64,000 nt of DNA, from the NCBI GenBank assembly GCA_963664115.2, contig CAXWPJ010000006.1, positions 1 to 64,000 on the forward strand. The letters run 5' to 3'. Both the position numbers and the translations under genes were made by a program. The notes beneath the pieces are model-generated. The model was given only the letters and a program-made list of their open reading frames with translations. It had not been told where the DNA came from and searched no databases. Position 1 is the stretch's first letter. Every line of letters begins with the position of its first letter. The DNA comes from Terriglobia bacterium (GTDB taxonomy: Bacteria > Acidobacteriota > Terriglobia > 20CM-2-55-15). This document shows, piece by piece, positions 1 to 10,640 of the stretch.

Positions 1-1927
1 AAGACGCTGCTCTTCTGTCCCGCCCGGAACCGGTCGATTTCGAAGGTGTAAACGTTCGCAAGGGGAACGTTCTGAGCCAGATAGGGCTCCCACCGCAGGC
101 CGTAACTCACCGTAAGATTGGGCGTGGCCTGCCAGGCGTCCGCTCCGTAGAGGGAGAAGAAGTTCTGGTTAATGGAGAGCTCGGCCGGCGTGCCCATGAA
201 AAAATCGTCGGTTTGGCCCAAAAAGAAATCCGCCATCGAATCCATATCGACCTGGGCAGCGGAAGCGAAGTGATTCACCGAACCGAACTTGGCATAGGTG
301 TATCCGGTGCCGAACGAAAACTGGTGGCTGCCCCGGACCCAACTGACGTCGTCGCTGAACTGATAGGCCTGCGGGAAGTAGGTATTCTCGTCGTCGCCCG
401 ATCCGGTCGTTGCGCCGATCGTAAACGCCCCGCTGACCCGCAAACGGCCGATATGCGTCGGGTCATAGCCGCAGTACATCTTCACGCCAACGTCGCAGTA
501 GCTGAACCCCATCACGGAACCGACGCGGCGGTTGGCCGACCGATTGTACGCAAAGCGGAAAGAGTTTACGCTGTTGGCGCCGAGCAAATAGGTGGAGCCG
601 AATGCCCAAGACTGCGCCAGGTTGTCGTAGCCCGCGTCGTTAGACAGCAGTATGTTGTCGGGATCCTGTTCGTACGGATGGCCTATTTGGATGCCGCTGA
701 TCAGCATCCGGCCGAACAACGAATGGCTGGGTGTCACCTGATAGTCCACCTTGGCGATGTACTCCTGGCGGTCCTCCGGGACCCGGGCACCGTAGGTCAC
801 CTCACCACACTCGTCCTGCGGCGCTGGCGCATTGGCCAACAAACGGTTGGCGATGTTGACGGCCGCTGGCTGAACAGCGCGGGATCGATCTGATTGTCAA
901 CGAACGGCGCTCCCAGCGTCACCTGACGCCCCCCATTGCACGCTGGTGAGCTGAGGGCCCTGAAGTCCCCGGCCAGCACCGCCGCCGTCGGAATAAACTG
1001 CCGCTCGTCGCCCGGATCCTGGCGGATCGTCGTCCCCTGGTACCCTCCGAAAAAGAACAGCTTGTTCTGAATCACGGGTCCGCCGACCGTGCCACCGAAC
1101 TGGTTCCGTTTCAGGGTGCTGCCCACGGACGAAAAATAGTTCCGGGCATTGAACAGATCGTTGCGGACGAACCAGAAGACATCGCCGTGATACGCGTTCG
1201 TGCCCGACTTGGTCACCACTCCCACCGAGGCGGCCTTACCACGATCGGCAGTCAGGCCGCTCGACTCCACTTTGAACTCCTGTGTGGCGTTCGGAAACGG
1301 TGTCGGCATGCTGATGCCGGTGGCATAGTTCAGGTGCTGGGCGCCGTCCATCGTGTAGTCTACGCCGAATCCTTGCGGTGCTCCTCCGAGGGAGACGAAC
1401 CGCGACCCGGGGAAGAAGCGGTTGCCGCTGTCCCCCATATCGACGGCTGCACCGTTCAATGTGATCAGACTCTGAATGTTGCGCCCGTCCAGGGGCAGCG
1501 CCAGGATACGCTCGTTTTCGATAAGCTGCCCGATCGCGACGTTCCGTGTTTCGACCAGCGCGGCGTTGGCCTGCACTTCTATCGTCTGCGTTACCTGCCC
1601 CACTTCAAGCACGACATTGGACACGCGTCTGTCGTTGACCTGCAGGGTGCCGGTCTCCACGAATGTCTGGAAACCCGGCAATCCCCCTTCCAACCGATAG
1701 GGGCCGAGAGGCAGGTTTACCAGAACGTAGGCACCCGTCTCATTGCTCAGGACGGTTCGCCCGATACCCGTTTCGGTCTGCGTCACGGTGATCTCGACGC
1801 CAGGCAGGACCGCGCCCGTCGTGTCGGTGACCGATCCGTTGATCTGTGCCGAAGCCTGTGCCCAAAGGTTAGGGCCGCTGAGGAGCAGGCATGCTCCAAC
1901 AGACAGTGCAAGAATTGTTCGCTTCAT
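1..1927 (-). CDS. TonB-dependent receptor-like protein with N-terminal carboxypeptidase-regulatory-like domain; runs off the window; apparent frameshift near 867
   Basis: Signal peptide, GSVTDTTGAVLPGVEITV, TKSGTNAYHG and NQFGGTVGGP motifs. A shifted frame continues (…AAVNIANRLL…GLRWEPYL…) to position 1. Confidence 0.85.
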
Positions 1928-2159
1928 GAAAGTTGACCTCCACTCTTAGGGATTTGCTGCCGTCTTCAGCGGACGCAGCGCCCCCGAAAACCACATCCGC
2001 ATAGATTCTACAAGTGTTTGGAATCGATATACGGGTAGGCTAACATGCCGATTTCGCATGTCAATAGAATTGAAAGAGATGGTGGGTCTGATACAAACTT
2101 CCTCGGAGACTGGAAAACACAACCTTCATCCTGAAGGTATTTCAGTGAGAACCCACGTG

Positions 2160-2286
2160 GCAACGGATGCGGAACCAGGTCGCCGTGTGCCTTCGCTGTC
2201 TCGATCCATAAGGCGATGGCCTCCTTTGCGTGGCAAGAGCGGACTCTTGGGTCGGGCCGTGTGCCGTACACCCTGGGGCGGCTCAC
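2160..2286 (-). pseudogene. HicB-like antitoxin fragment
   Basis: Translated segment AKEAIALWIETAKAHGDLVPHP resembles the HicB domain; no intact start and no hicA partner seen. Confidence 0.5.
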
Positions 2287-2463
2287 ATCTGGTTATCCGT
2301 TTTTATTTTGCAAGTCGTCAGCTAAACATGTTTCAATGCACCGCATCCCGCGCGCTAAACCCCGAGGCGATATCGCCGCCCTTAGATATTGGGTCATCGC
2401 AAGAGAGCATTCAATGGGTCTGGCTACGGGAACTCTAATAAGGAACGCCAGGAGGGATACACT

Positions 2464-3493
2464 ATGACGCGCTTCAGGCTCTCAACCTTTATGGTGGTAT
2501 CCGTATTGGGGGGTCTGCTTCTAACGCACCTGCCTGCCGCGGCGAAGGAATCCTGGTCCTGGGCTCAAACTACGGCCCAATCTACAATAGAACCCTGGAC
2601 ATCATTCGAAACCCAGGAAAGCCTGGCTTCAACGGCCGACATCGACTGGAATCAAACGCCCGACTATCTTCATTACATGCGGGAAGAGGATGGAGTATTC
2701 CCGAAAGATACCGGCCCCCGGGACTTTAGTGGCGTATGGCGGGGGCAGCCCCCGCGCCAGGGCCTGGAAGACATGCGGCGCGGCCGGCCGGATGAAACGC
2801 CTGCCTCAGCCCAGCTAAAACCTGGCTCGAGCAGGAGACCCCTCTTCGCTGAGCAACATCCAGTCCGGCAGACCGGGTTCCAGCGGACTCGATGTGACCC
2901 CCGATCTGCTGCCGGGCGAGGAAATCGTTCTAACCCCACTTGGTGCCGAGTTATATCGAGAAGTTGTCGCTTCCTATGGGCCGAGATCGGATTGCATTCC
3001 ATACGGTCCCATCCGGCCGCTGAGTAACAATTCCCCAAAGGAATTCGTCATGACGGAGGATCAAATCGTGATCCTCGCCGAGATGCACACTGAGGTCGTG
3101 CGACAGATTTTCATGGATGGACGCCCCCACTCTGAACTTGGGGTGGCATTCGCCGCTTGGAATGGGCAATCCGTCGGCCGTTGGGAGGGAGATACGTTGG
3201 TTGTCGAAACCTTCGGCGTCAACGACCGCGTCTGGATCGACAGCGCAGGTCTGCCGGCCAGCAACCAGTTACACTTGATCGACCGTTTCCGCAAACTTGA
3301 CGACAACACGATGCTCTGGGCCGTCACAGTCAACGATCCGGTCTACTACCAGAAACCATGGACGTTCGAACGGTTTCTGTATCGGGACGAAGTGAACGAA
3401 CTCCGGCCGAAGATCTGCCATGATTTTGAAATGGGCGCCGAGACCCCGATGATCTGGGTGCCCCATCACCGCATCCAGCCAGTGATGCCGTGA
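2464..3493 (+). CDS. Secreted uncharacterised protein of the 'G.S.G.WEGDTLVV.T' family; frameshifted (ORFs 2389-3027 and 2894-3493)
   Basis: Signal peptide, PRDFSGVW, C.PYG and GQSVGRWEGDTLVVET motifs; paralogous to 4924-5881. Confidence 0.7.
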
Positions 3494-3686
3494 TGTTGAG
3501 GCAGCGGCCCCCGGCCCGGGGCTCGGTACAGGTTCCATCGGTCGCCGAGGAGAAACTCCCTCGGCTGTCCGTCAACAGGCCAGATCCCGGTGGTGTATAG
3601 ACTACATGTTCAGTCGCAATAGGCTCGGCCCTAAGGCATGAGACCGGGAAGCTTAGCAAAGCGAGCCGGCAACTGAACGGGTAAAT

Positions 3687-4169
3687 ATGGACCTACTGGT
3701 TTCGATCGAGTCCACGGCACTTGGAGTTTGGGTGCGCCAATCGCCCTCACTATTGGCTTTTCCAACGATTCTTGCACTGCACACGGTGGGATTGGCGTTT
3801 TTAGTGGGCGTTTCCGCAACCATCGATCTGCGGGTCCTGGGATTCGGATCTCGCAAACGTCCGGCTTCCATGGCATCCATGGAAGCCTACTACCCGATCA
3901 TGTGGGTTGGGTTTTGGATCAATGCGGCATCGGGAGTGTTGCTCACTATCGCCTTCGCTACCGTGAGGTTGACGGACCCATTCTTTTATCTCAAGCTCGT
4001 TTTCATCGCTTTGGCTGTAGTGGCTGTCTATCTGATCAGAAATAGATTGCGCGATCCGTCTCTCGATGAAATTTCTATGGTACCCACCAGGTTATTGGCC
4101 CTCGCTTCGTTGGTTTGTTGGACCGGCGCCATCGTCACCGGGCGCTTGCTCGCATACTTCGGTGGATAG
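3687..4169 (+). CDS. Four-TM membrane protein, DUF6644-like
   Basis: Motifs LHTVGLAFLVG…DLRVLG…SG…FYLKL…GRL. Confidence 0.75.
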   Translation: MDLLVSIESTALGVWVRQSPSLLAFPTILALHTVGLAFLVGVSATIDLRVLGFGSRKRPASMASMEAYYPIMWVGFWINAASGVLLTIAFATVRLTDPFFYLKLVFIALAVVAVYLIRNRLRDPSLDEISMVPTRLLALASLVCWTGAIVTGRLLAYFGG

Positions 4170-4223
4170 CACCCTCAGTAGACTGTGTGCCGAGTCACAG
4201 GTGATACTTAAGGAAGATCCGCC

Positions 4224-4709
4224 ATGGATTCTTTTCTGAGCATTGTCGAGCAAAGCGCGCTTTCGCAATTCCTGCGGGACAATCCGTGGTTTTGGCCAAC
4301 GTCGGAGATTCTCCATTTTATCGGATTAGCCCTCCTGGTCGGCGTGATCGGCACGTTCGATATGCGCATGTTGGGGCTCGGGAAGGCGGTCGACATCGGC
4401 TCGCTGCACGCCCTGATTCCGTGGGGGGTTTTGGGTTTCGCCGTGAATCTGATAACGGGCACGCTGTTTTTTGTCTGCCTGCCCCGCGCATACATCGGCA
4501 ATCCGGTGTTTCTCGCGAAGATGGGGTTCATCGCTCTTGCCGGTGCCAACGTGCTGCTGTTCTATGTCACGGGCGTGTTTCGTCGAGTTAAGGAACTGAA
4601 GCCGGGAGAGGATGCGCCCCCACCCGCGAAGCTGATTGCCGCGAGTTCGCTCGTACTCTGGATCGTGGTCATGTTCTGTGGCCGTTTGATGCCCTTCTTC
4701 GCAGAGTAG
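4224..4709 (+). CDS. Four-TM membrane protein, DUF6644-like (tandem paralog)
   Basis: Motifs EILHFIGLALLVG…DMRMLG…TG…FLAKM…GRL. Confidence 0.8.
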   Translation: MDSFLSIVEQSALSQFLRDNPWFWPTSEILHFIGLALLVGVIGTFDMRMLGLGKAVDIGSLHALIPWGVLGFAVNLITGTLFFVCLPRAYIGNPVFLAKMGFIALAGANVLLFYVTGVFRRVKELKPGEDAPPPAKLIAASSLVLWIVVMFCGRLMPFFAE

Positions 4710-4923
4710 TTCGGTCCGGCCTCTGTTGCCAGCCACTCGGCTCGATCCCCAAGGCCGAGTTCAGATCAAGGCTTCTGCCAAGTCGGGTCGTGCGTCCTGC
4801 CCCTCGCCAGCCCGCGTTCGGTCTCTGTAAAGTTGGAACCGGGAGAGGATGACCTTTTACGAACGAAGCCCTTTGGCGCTTCCTTCGATTCGCGCCCGAT
4901 TCGCGCCAAACAGGCCAGCGGAC

Positions 4924-5881
4924 TCAGCGGGAGTCGGGCATCGTGGGGGGAACGCGGTGGCGTATCGGCGGAGTAGGTTGCCGATGCGCAAAATCCGTTT
5001 CTCCGTCGTGACAGATTCCCGGCAGCAGCCGGGGCGCGTCGTCGGGATGCACCCGATAGAGAAATCGCTCGGCCGTGAACGGCTTCTGAAAATAGACCGG
5101 ATCCGTGACCGTTACCGCCCAGAGCAGCGTGTTGTCATCGAGCTTGCGGAGCCGTTCGACCAGGTGCAACTGGTTGCTGTTCTCCAAGCCGCCGAAGTCT
5201 ATCCACACCCGGTCATTGACACCGATGGTCTCGATCACCAGTGTGTTTTCCTCCCAGTGGCCAACCGAATGTCCCCACCAGGCTCGAAGATCAAAGCCTT
5301 CCGCGGGATGATCACGGCCATCCAGATGGATCTGTCGAAACGCGGCCTGCAGCTCGGTGAGCATCAACAACTGTTTATCGTTTTGGATATACTCCTTCGG
5401 GTCCGCCTGAAGCATGACTCTGACCGGACCATAGGGCAGGCAACGCATGGCCGGCCCCTCGGATATATCCATGTTTCTGTACCTTTCAGCGCCGTATTCG
5501 GTGAGCACGATTTCCTCACCCGGCAGCAGGCTGGCGGTAATGTCCGTCTGGAGACCACCGCCCCCCGCCGTCAAAGATGCCGATCTCTCTTCCTCGGCGC
5601 AGATCGCTGACGTCCCAGGGCCGCCCGCCCTGGCCTCTCCAAATGCCCCGAAAGTCTCGAGGACCCGTTTCCTTCGGGAAGACTCCATCCCACTCCTCCA
5701 TGTGATAGAGGTAGTCGGGAGTTTGATTCCAGTCAATATGGGTAGTCGAGGCAAGGCCGGCGTCAGCCTGGAACGATGACCAGGGTCTGACTTGAGCCGC
5801 GGTCGTCACTGGCGCCGCGATCAAAACGCCAAGTATGACCCCGACTGCAGATATCAGATTCAGGGGGGAGTGCTGTCCCAT
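4924..5881 (-). CDS. Secreted uncharacterised protein, paralog of 2464-3493; frameshifted near 5550
   Basis: Shares IDWNQTPDYL, GVFPK.TGPRDF.G.W, LLPGEEIVLT and GHSVGHWEENTLVIET, split across two ORFs. Confidence 0.7.
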
Positions 5882-5999
5882 AATTGGATCTCTCCTCAAG
5901 GCGTGCTGCAAGCGGATCTGCCGATTATGCGTCGGAATCGAGGAGAAACGCCCACCTGCAACCCGCCGCCTTCAGCCCAACGGAACCTGCGAAATTATC

Positions 6000-6431
6000 C
6001 TAATCGTTTCCCGACCCTGCGTAATCGGTCGCGGTTCCACTCAATACTTCTCGACCGTCGGCAAAAGTCACTGTGCCGCCGTCGATGCGCGCCGACCCGT
6101 CCCTCGACATATTCGCATCCGTGACCGTGACGCGGTCGCCCGGCTGCATGTCATCCGCCCGCCATCCGCGTCGAAATGCGACGTTCAGAGGAGAGCCTTG
6201 GACCGACCAGCTTGCGACCTGTCCATTCTCATCCACGACATTGATATCAAAGCGGATGTGCGGATTCCTGAACTCCACCCGCGTCACCGTCCCCGACAGC
6301 GTGATCTTCTTCGTGGGGTCGAAGCTCAGCCCGTGATAATGGTGGGCCAGAGCAGGGGTGACGGCGAAACAGAACACCGCAAACGCTAGAACCACCGCGA
6401 ACCGTAATGTGCGCGACATCAGTTCCTCCAT
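6000..6431 (-). CDS. DUF6152-like secreted protein
   Basis: Signal peptide ending AHH, then GTVTRVEFRNPH and W..GD.VTV. Confidence 0.8.
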   Translation of the reverse strand: MEELMSRTLRFAVVLAFAVFCFAVTPALAHHYHGLSFDPTKKITLSGTVTRVEFRNPHIRFDINVVDENGQVASWSVQGSPLNVAFRRGWRADDMQPGDRVTVTDANMSRDGSARIDGGTVTFADGREVLSGTATDYAGSGND

Positions 6432-6748
6432 AATTCTTGCTGGCGTTGGAAACTACTGTACTCGGGTGAAGCCTACGGGCGGCGTTCTGTGCTGTCAAGA
6501 AATTTTGCGGTGACCTGTAGTTATTCAATTTATCGTAAAAGGGGTTGAAGACACTTTTTGCTCTTCCATGGGCCAAACGAAAGAGAGACGCAGACGGATC
6601 CCTGGACGGAATCGAATCGAGTGGTGCAATCCAACAGGCATTCGTGCAATGCTCCCCACCATCGCCCCCATACATAATTGTTGTGGTGGGGTGGGTCTCT
6701 GCGCTTCGGCTGAGACAACGATGACACACCATTTCTGGAGGTGCTTCA

Positions 6749-7646
6749 ATGAGAACTCGCGTGGTGGTGCTGACCGCCCTGGTCCTTTGTACGGCTTTTT
6801 TCGCTCAAGACCAGGACGCCGCGGCCGAGAATCCGCAGAATTCGGGTCCACTTCCGGTCTTAGAGATCGCGGACGATTTCTACGTCATCCAGGGTGAGGG
6901 CAGCAACGTTTCCGTGTACGTGACCGATGAAGGCCTGATTCTGGTCGACGATAAGTTCGATCGCACTTACGACCAGCTTCAGGCGGCACTGCGATCCTTT
7001 ACGGGACCAGCCGGTGAAATACGTCATCAATACACACCCGCATGGGGACCACAGCGGCGGAAACGCAAGTATGCCCGCGTCGACCGTACTCGTCGCTCAT
7101 GAAAACGCAGCGGCGGCAATGGTCCGTAACAATCAACCGGGCCTGCCTGAAATGACCTATGCCGATCAGATGACGATCAACCTGGGCGGAAAAGAGGCGA
7201 TCGTTTACCATTTCGGGCCATGCCACACCGATGGTGACAGCTTCGTTTACTTTCCGGCCGTGAGGGTGCTTTCCAGTGGCGATTGCTTTAACACGGGGAA
7301 CGGGCGGGGTGAAAACACGACCGGGTCGCCCACCTTCGCATTCTATATTGACTACAATACTGGAGGGAGCTTCGCGGGTCGGGAGAAGGTGGGTGACTCT
7401 GCCCTGGGGCTGAATTTCGACACCGTGGTGCCAGGACACGGGCCCGTGACCGACCGCGAGGGCTTCACGCGGTGGCGAGCGCAGATCGCGTCGATACGAT
7501 GGCGAGTGACGCAGATGCTCCGTGACAACAAGACTAAAGAAGAGATCGTGGGAGTGCTGGAAAGCGACGAGTACGGCTGGCAGGAGGGGGGCCGAGCGAG
7601 CACGAACTCGATCGACGGGATGATCGACGAGTTGATGCCCGAGTGA
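6749..7646 (+). CDS. Metallo-beta-lactamase-fold hydrolase (cyclase-like); frameshift near 7005
   Basis: Motifs LILVDDK, NTHPHGDHSGGN, HTDGD, SGD and VPGHG, split across ORFs 6749-7102 and 7014-7646. Confidence 0.8.
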
Positions 7647-7733
7647 TCTCCCGCGGGGCGGACATGGGCGGCTGCGATTGCTGAGGATGCCGCCAATCCG
7701 TCTACGGTTTCCTTATCAATCCCTAACTGAAAA

Positions 7734-8318
7734 CTAATCGTCAAGAACCTCCTCTTTTTCGGCTTGCATAAGACGGAAGCGCTGGATCTTTCCATCCTCT
7801 CCATACTGCAGGAACACGGCTCCCACTTCCATAAACCTTCGACGATCCTCACGAACAGCATAGTCTGCGATGATAGGGAACGAAATACCCAGTCCGCCCC
7901 AAGGCAACACCTTGGAATAGACCATTCGTTCTCCTTCGACTTCCTTCTCGGTCTGACGTTTCAGATAGTAGCTGATCTCGACATTAGATCTCGCAAACTT
8001 ATCGGCCCATTGCCGCACCTGCCGGGTGCCGATAAGCATAACGGGTCCAATCTGTTTTTCATCGTGGGGCGGTACCTCCACAAGCACATCGGGATCTAAG
8101 GGCTCCATAAAAGCATCGACCACTTGGTCGATTCCTTCTTCCCTTCCATCCATAGTTATGTGCCAGTCGCCGAGCGCATTCAGTCGATCCACCCATTCCT
8201 GGCCCAGCAGGGTGGGGTCGAGCACAGGCTCGGCAGGTGGAGGTTCTGTTGAAGTCTGAGCCTGAGACCCAGATACGGAAAGGAGTGTGATCAATATTGA
8301 AACAATCACCCAACGCAT
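7734..8318 (-). CDS. Hypothetical secreted protein (possibly NTF2/SnoaL-like)
   Basis: Signal peptide; last gene of the 12.5-7.7 kb operon. Confidence 0.65.
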   Translation of the reverse strand: MRWVIVSILITLLSVSGSQAQTSTEPPPAEPVLDPTLLGQEWVDRLNALGDWHITMDGREEGIDQVVDAFMEPLDPDVLVEVPPHDEKQIGPVMLIGTRQVRQWADKFARSNVEISYYLKRQTEKEVEGERMVYSKVLPWGGLGISFPIIADYAVREDRRRFMEVGAVFLQYGEDGKIQRFRLMQAEKEEVLDD

Positions 8319-8352
8319 AACGCTACGTCCTGAGGTTTTTTGGTTGTTCTTC

Positions 8353-9153
8353 TTACTGTGCGCAGCGGAAGCCTATCGTGGAGCCACGGAGATCAGGATC
8401 ACTGAAGTTGCGGTAATAATTCGCCAACTTTGAGCCCCGGCCTTCCGCCCAACCACCGCCACGAGTGCTTTTGTATAGACCGTCGTCGGGTCCCTGTGGA
8501 TTGGTTTTCGGCATGAAAGCATAGTAACCGCGGTCATACCAGTCATTGGTCCATTCGATCACGTTACCGATCATGTCGTAGAGACCATAACCGTTGGGTG
8601 GATATGATCCGACGGCCGCGGCCTTGTTAAGGGAAACAGCTGCCGGCCCGCCGGCTTCGAAAGTTGGGCGATACTCGTCCGCAACGACGCCACCGTCCCA
8701 TGCGTAAATTTCCCGATCTCGCCCGCCTCGTACCCCCTTCTCCCATTCCGCTTCGGTGGGGAGACGTTTGCCTGCCGCCTGGCAGTAGGCGTCCGCCTCG
8801 AACCAGTTGACGTTGGAAACAGCTTGCCGTTCTTGACCCTCAGCGATTTCGCCTTCGGGCCAGTGCCACGGCGCCTGAGCGCCCGTCGCTTCCAGAAACC
8901 GGGCATAGTCCGCGTTTCCTACCTCGTATTGATCAATGTAGAAGGCGTCCAAATAAACCAGGTTGGCGGGCCTGTCATCCCGCCAGACCCGCGGCAAGTT
9001 ATCGTCCGCATCATTATCGATGGCGTGGGCACGGCCCATCCAGAACTCGCCGGCGGGAATCTGCACCATGCCTTCCGGTGCCCCCGTTTGCGCCGCGATT
9101 GGCAACGCGGCGCAAACGGAACACAGGATCGCGAACACTATCAGTCTGTTCAT
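8353..9153 (-). CDS. FGE-sulfatase (SUMF1) domain protein
   Basis: Motifs FYIDQYEV, RLPTEAEWEK, PNGYGLYDMIGNV.EW and GFRCA; start overlaps the upstream stop. Confidence 0.9.
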   Translation of the reverse strand: MNRLIVFAILCSVCAALPIAAQTGAPEGMVQIPAGEFWMGRAHAIDNDADDNLPRVWRDDRPANLVYLDAFYIDQYEVGNADYARFLEATGAQAPWHWPEGEIAEGQERQAVSNVNWFEADAYCQAAGKRLPTEAEWEKGVRGGRDREIYAWDGGVVADEYRPTFEAGGPAAVSLNKAAAVGSYPPNGYGLYDMIGNVIEWTNDWYDRGYYAFMPKTNPQGPDDGLYKSTRGGGWAEGRGSKLANYYRNFSDPDLRGSTIGFRCAQ

Positions 9154-10628
9154 ACAAACAACTCGTGGATCTCCGTCCGAGGAATAAACGCCGGACCCCC
9201 GAGCGGGGCGGTTTGCTGGAGTTCGAAGACGCGTCCCGATGGCGTGTCTTCGAATACCTTGCTGTAATCGATGCCCAAAGCCGAATAGATTGTCGACGTG
9301 ACGTGATCCATCATTGGTTGTTCTCGATGTTGCCAACCCGTTTCGATCAAATTCTCGCCGGTTCCGTCCGTCTTGCCGATCACCCGTCCCTCCTGGACGC
9401 CGCCTCCCAGAAACACATTCGTAAACAGGGGGCCGAAATGGTCACGGCCGCCGGCAGAGTTCATTTCTGGTGTGCGTCCGAATTCCTGGGTGACGACTAT
9501 CAGGGTTTCATCTAACATCGTCTTTCCAGGTTCATGGCCGGGCATGGCCAGAAGGTCTTCAACCAGGGCCGAGAACGCTAGATCAAACCTGGGGACGCTT
9601 GTATATATCGGTTGTGCCTGGGCTGATGCCGGGACGCCCCTCTTGTACAGGCCCGAATGGTTATCAAATACCCCGTTTCTGCCATTGTAGCCGTTGGCCA
9701 CCCACAGCATTCGCGTACCCGCATCGGCGGCCAGCAGATTCCGCGCCAGGAGCATTCCCAGGCCCAGCTTCGTGTTCCCGCCATCGACATCCACGCCGTA
9801 CCGCGTCTTCTCCTCATCGGTCAGGTTGAGTGCTGTCTTAAACCGTGGATCCAGTAAGACCTCGATGCCGTAGTCATAGGAGGCCTGGTATTCTTCGTTC
9901 TTCGGGCCAAACCGGTCGTTGCCCCCTGGGTTGGAAACCTCTGACCATCGGTTCAGCGCCTCCCAGCGTTCCGCCAACTTCGAATTGCTCTCCGGACCAT
10001 CGCCACCGAAGGCATCGAATACGCTGGTTGTGTTGAGGTCCAGTCCCGCAAAGCGAGGATGCAACATTCCAGATCCCAATGGCGCACACCGAATGTTCCA
10101 CAAGTCGAGACTGACAAACGTGGGAAACGTGTCGGACTCTCGACGCTCGGAATCGAGCTCACTCGCGACGACGCTGCCCAATGCCGGAACCTCCCGGACG
10201 ATTGCGGTGTTCAGTGCGCGACCGGCCTGTTGGTGGTACTGGGCCGGGAAGTGAACCAACGCGCCTCCCCTCATTGAACGAACAAAGGAGGCTCGTGGCG
10301 CCCAGGTTTCATGGGCACGGGGGAAGAGGGTTTTCGACAGAACGACTTCCGAATTTACCCGCTGAATATCCAGATCATCCGCCGTCCACTTCGTTTCCTT
10401 GAAGTCGAAGGTCTCCCACGGACTCGGGGCGCCTCCATTTTGAATCACAATACAATTGCGCGCCGACCCTCGTGGCGTCACCCTCGAACCTTGTGCGGCT
10501 CGAACCTTGCGCGGCGACGCGACTTGGCCAGCAAGCGACGCGCCCACGCCCACACCGAACAATTTCAGCAAATCGCGGCGGGTCAAATCCCCTATTCGTT
10601 TTCGCATTCCTTGTTCTCCTCGCTGCAA
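9150..10628 (-). CDS. DUF1501 family protein (Tat signal)
   Basis: Motifs TRRDLLK, GAPS..ETFD.K, EFGRTP..N..GGRDH. Confidence 0.9.
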   Translation of the reverse strand: MQRGEQGMRKRIGDLTRRDLLKLFGVGVGASLAGQVASPRKVRAAQGSRVTPRGSARNCIVIQNGGAPSPWETFDFKETKWTADDLDIQRVNSEVVLSKTLFPRAHETWAPRASFVRSMRGGALVHFPAQYHQQAGRALNTAIVREVPALGSVVASELDSERRESDTFPTFVSLDLWNIRCAPLGSGMLHPRFAGLDLNTTSVFDAFGGDGPESNSKLAERWEALNRWSEVSNPGGNDRFGPKNEEYQASYDYGIEVLLDPRFKTALNLTDEEKTRYGVDVDGGNTKLGLGMLLARNLLAADAGTRMLWVANGYNGRNGVFDNHSGLYKRGVPASAQAQPIYTSVPRFDLAFSALVEDLLAMPGHEPGKTMLDETLIVVTQEFGRTPEMNSAGGRDHFGPLFTNVFLGGGVQEGRVIGKTDGTGENLIETGWQHREQPMMDHVTSTIYSALGIDYSKVFEDTPSGRVFELQQTAPLGGPAFIPRTEIHELFV

Positions 10629-10640
10629 ACGTTAAATGCC

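Noticed and set aside
797-7646. Programmed frameshifting or true pseudogenes in four split genes
   Set aside because: Apparent frameshifts in otherwise intact genes, together with garbled IS copies, point to long-read consensus error; this cannot be resolved without reads.
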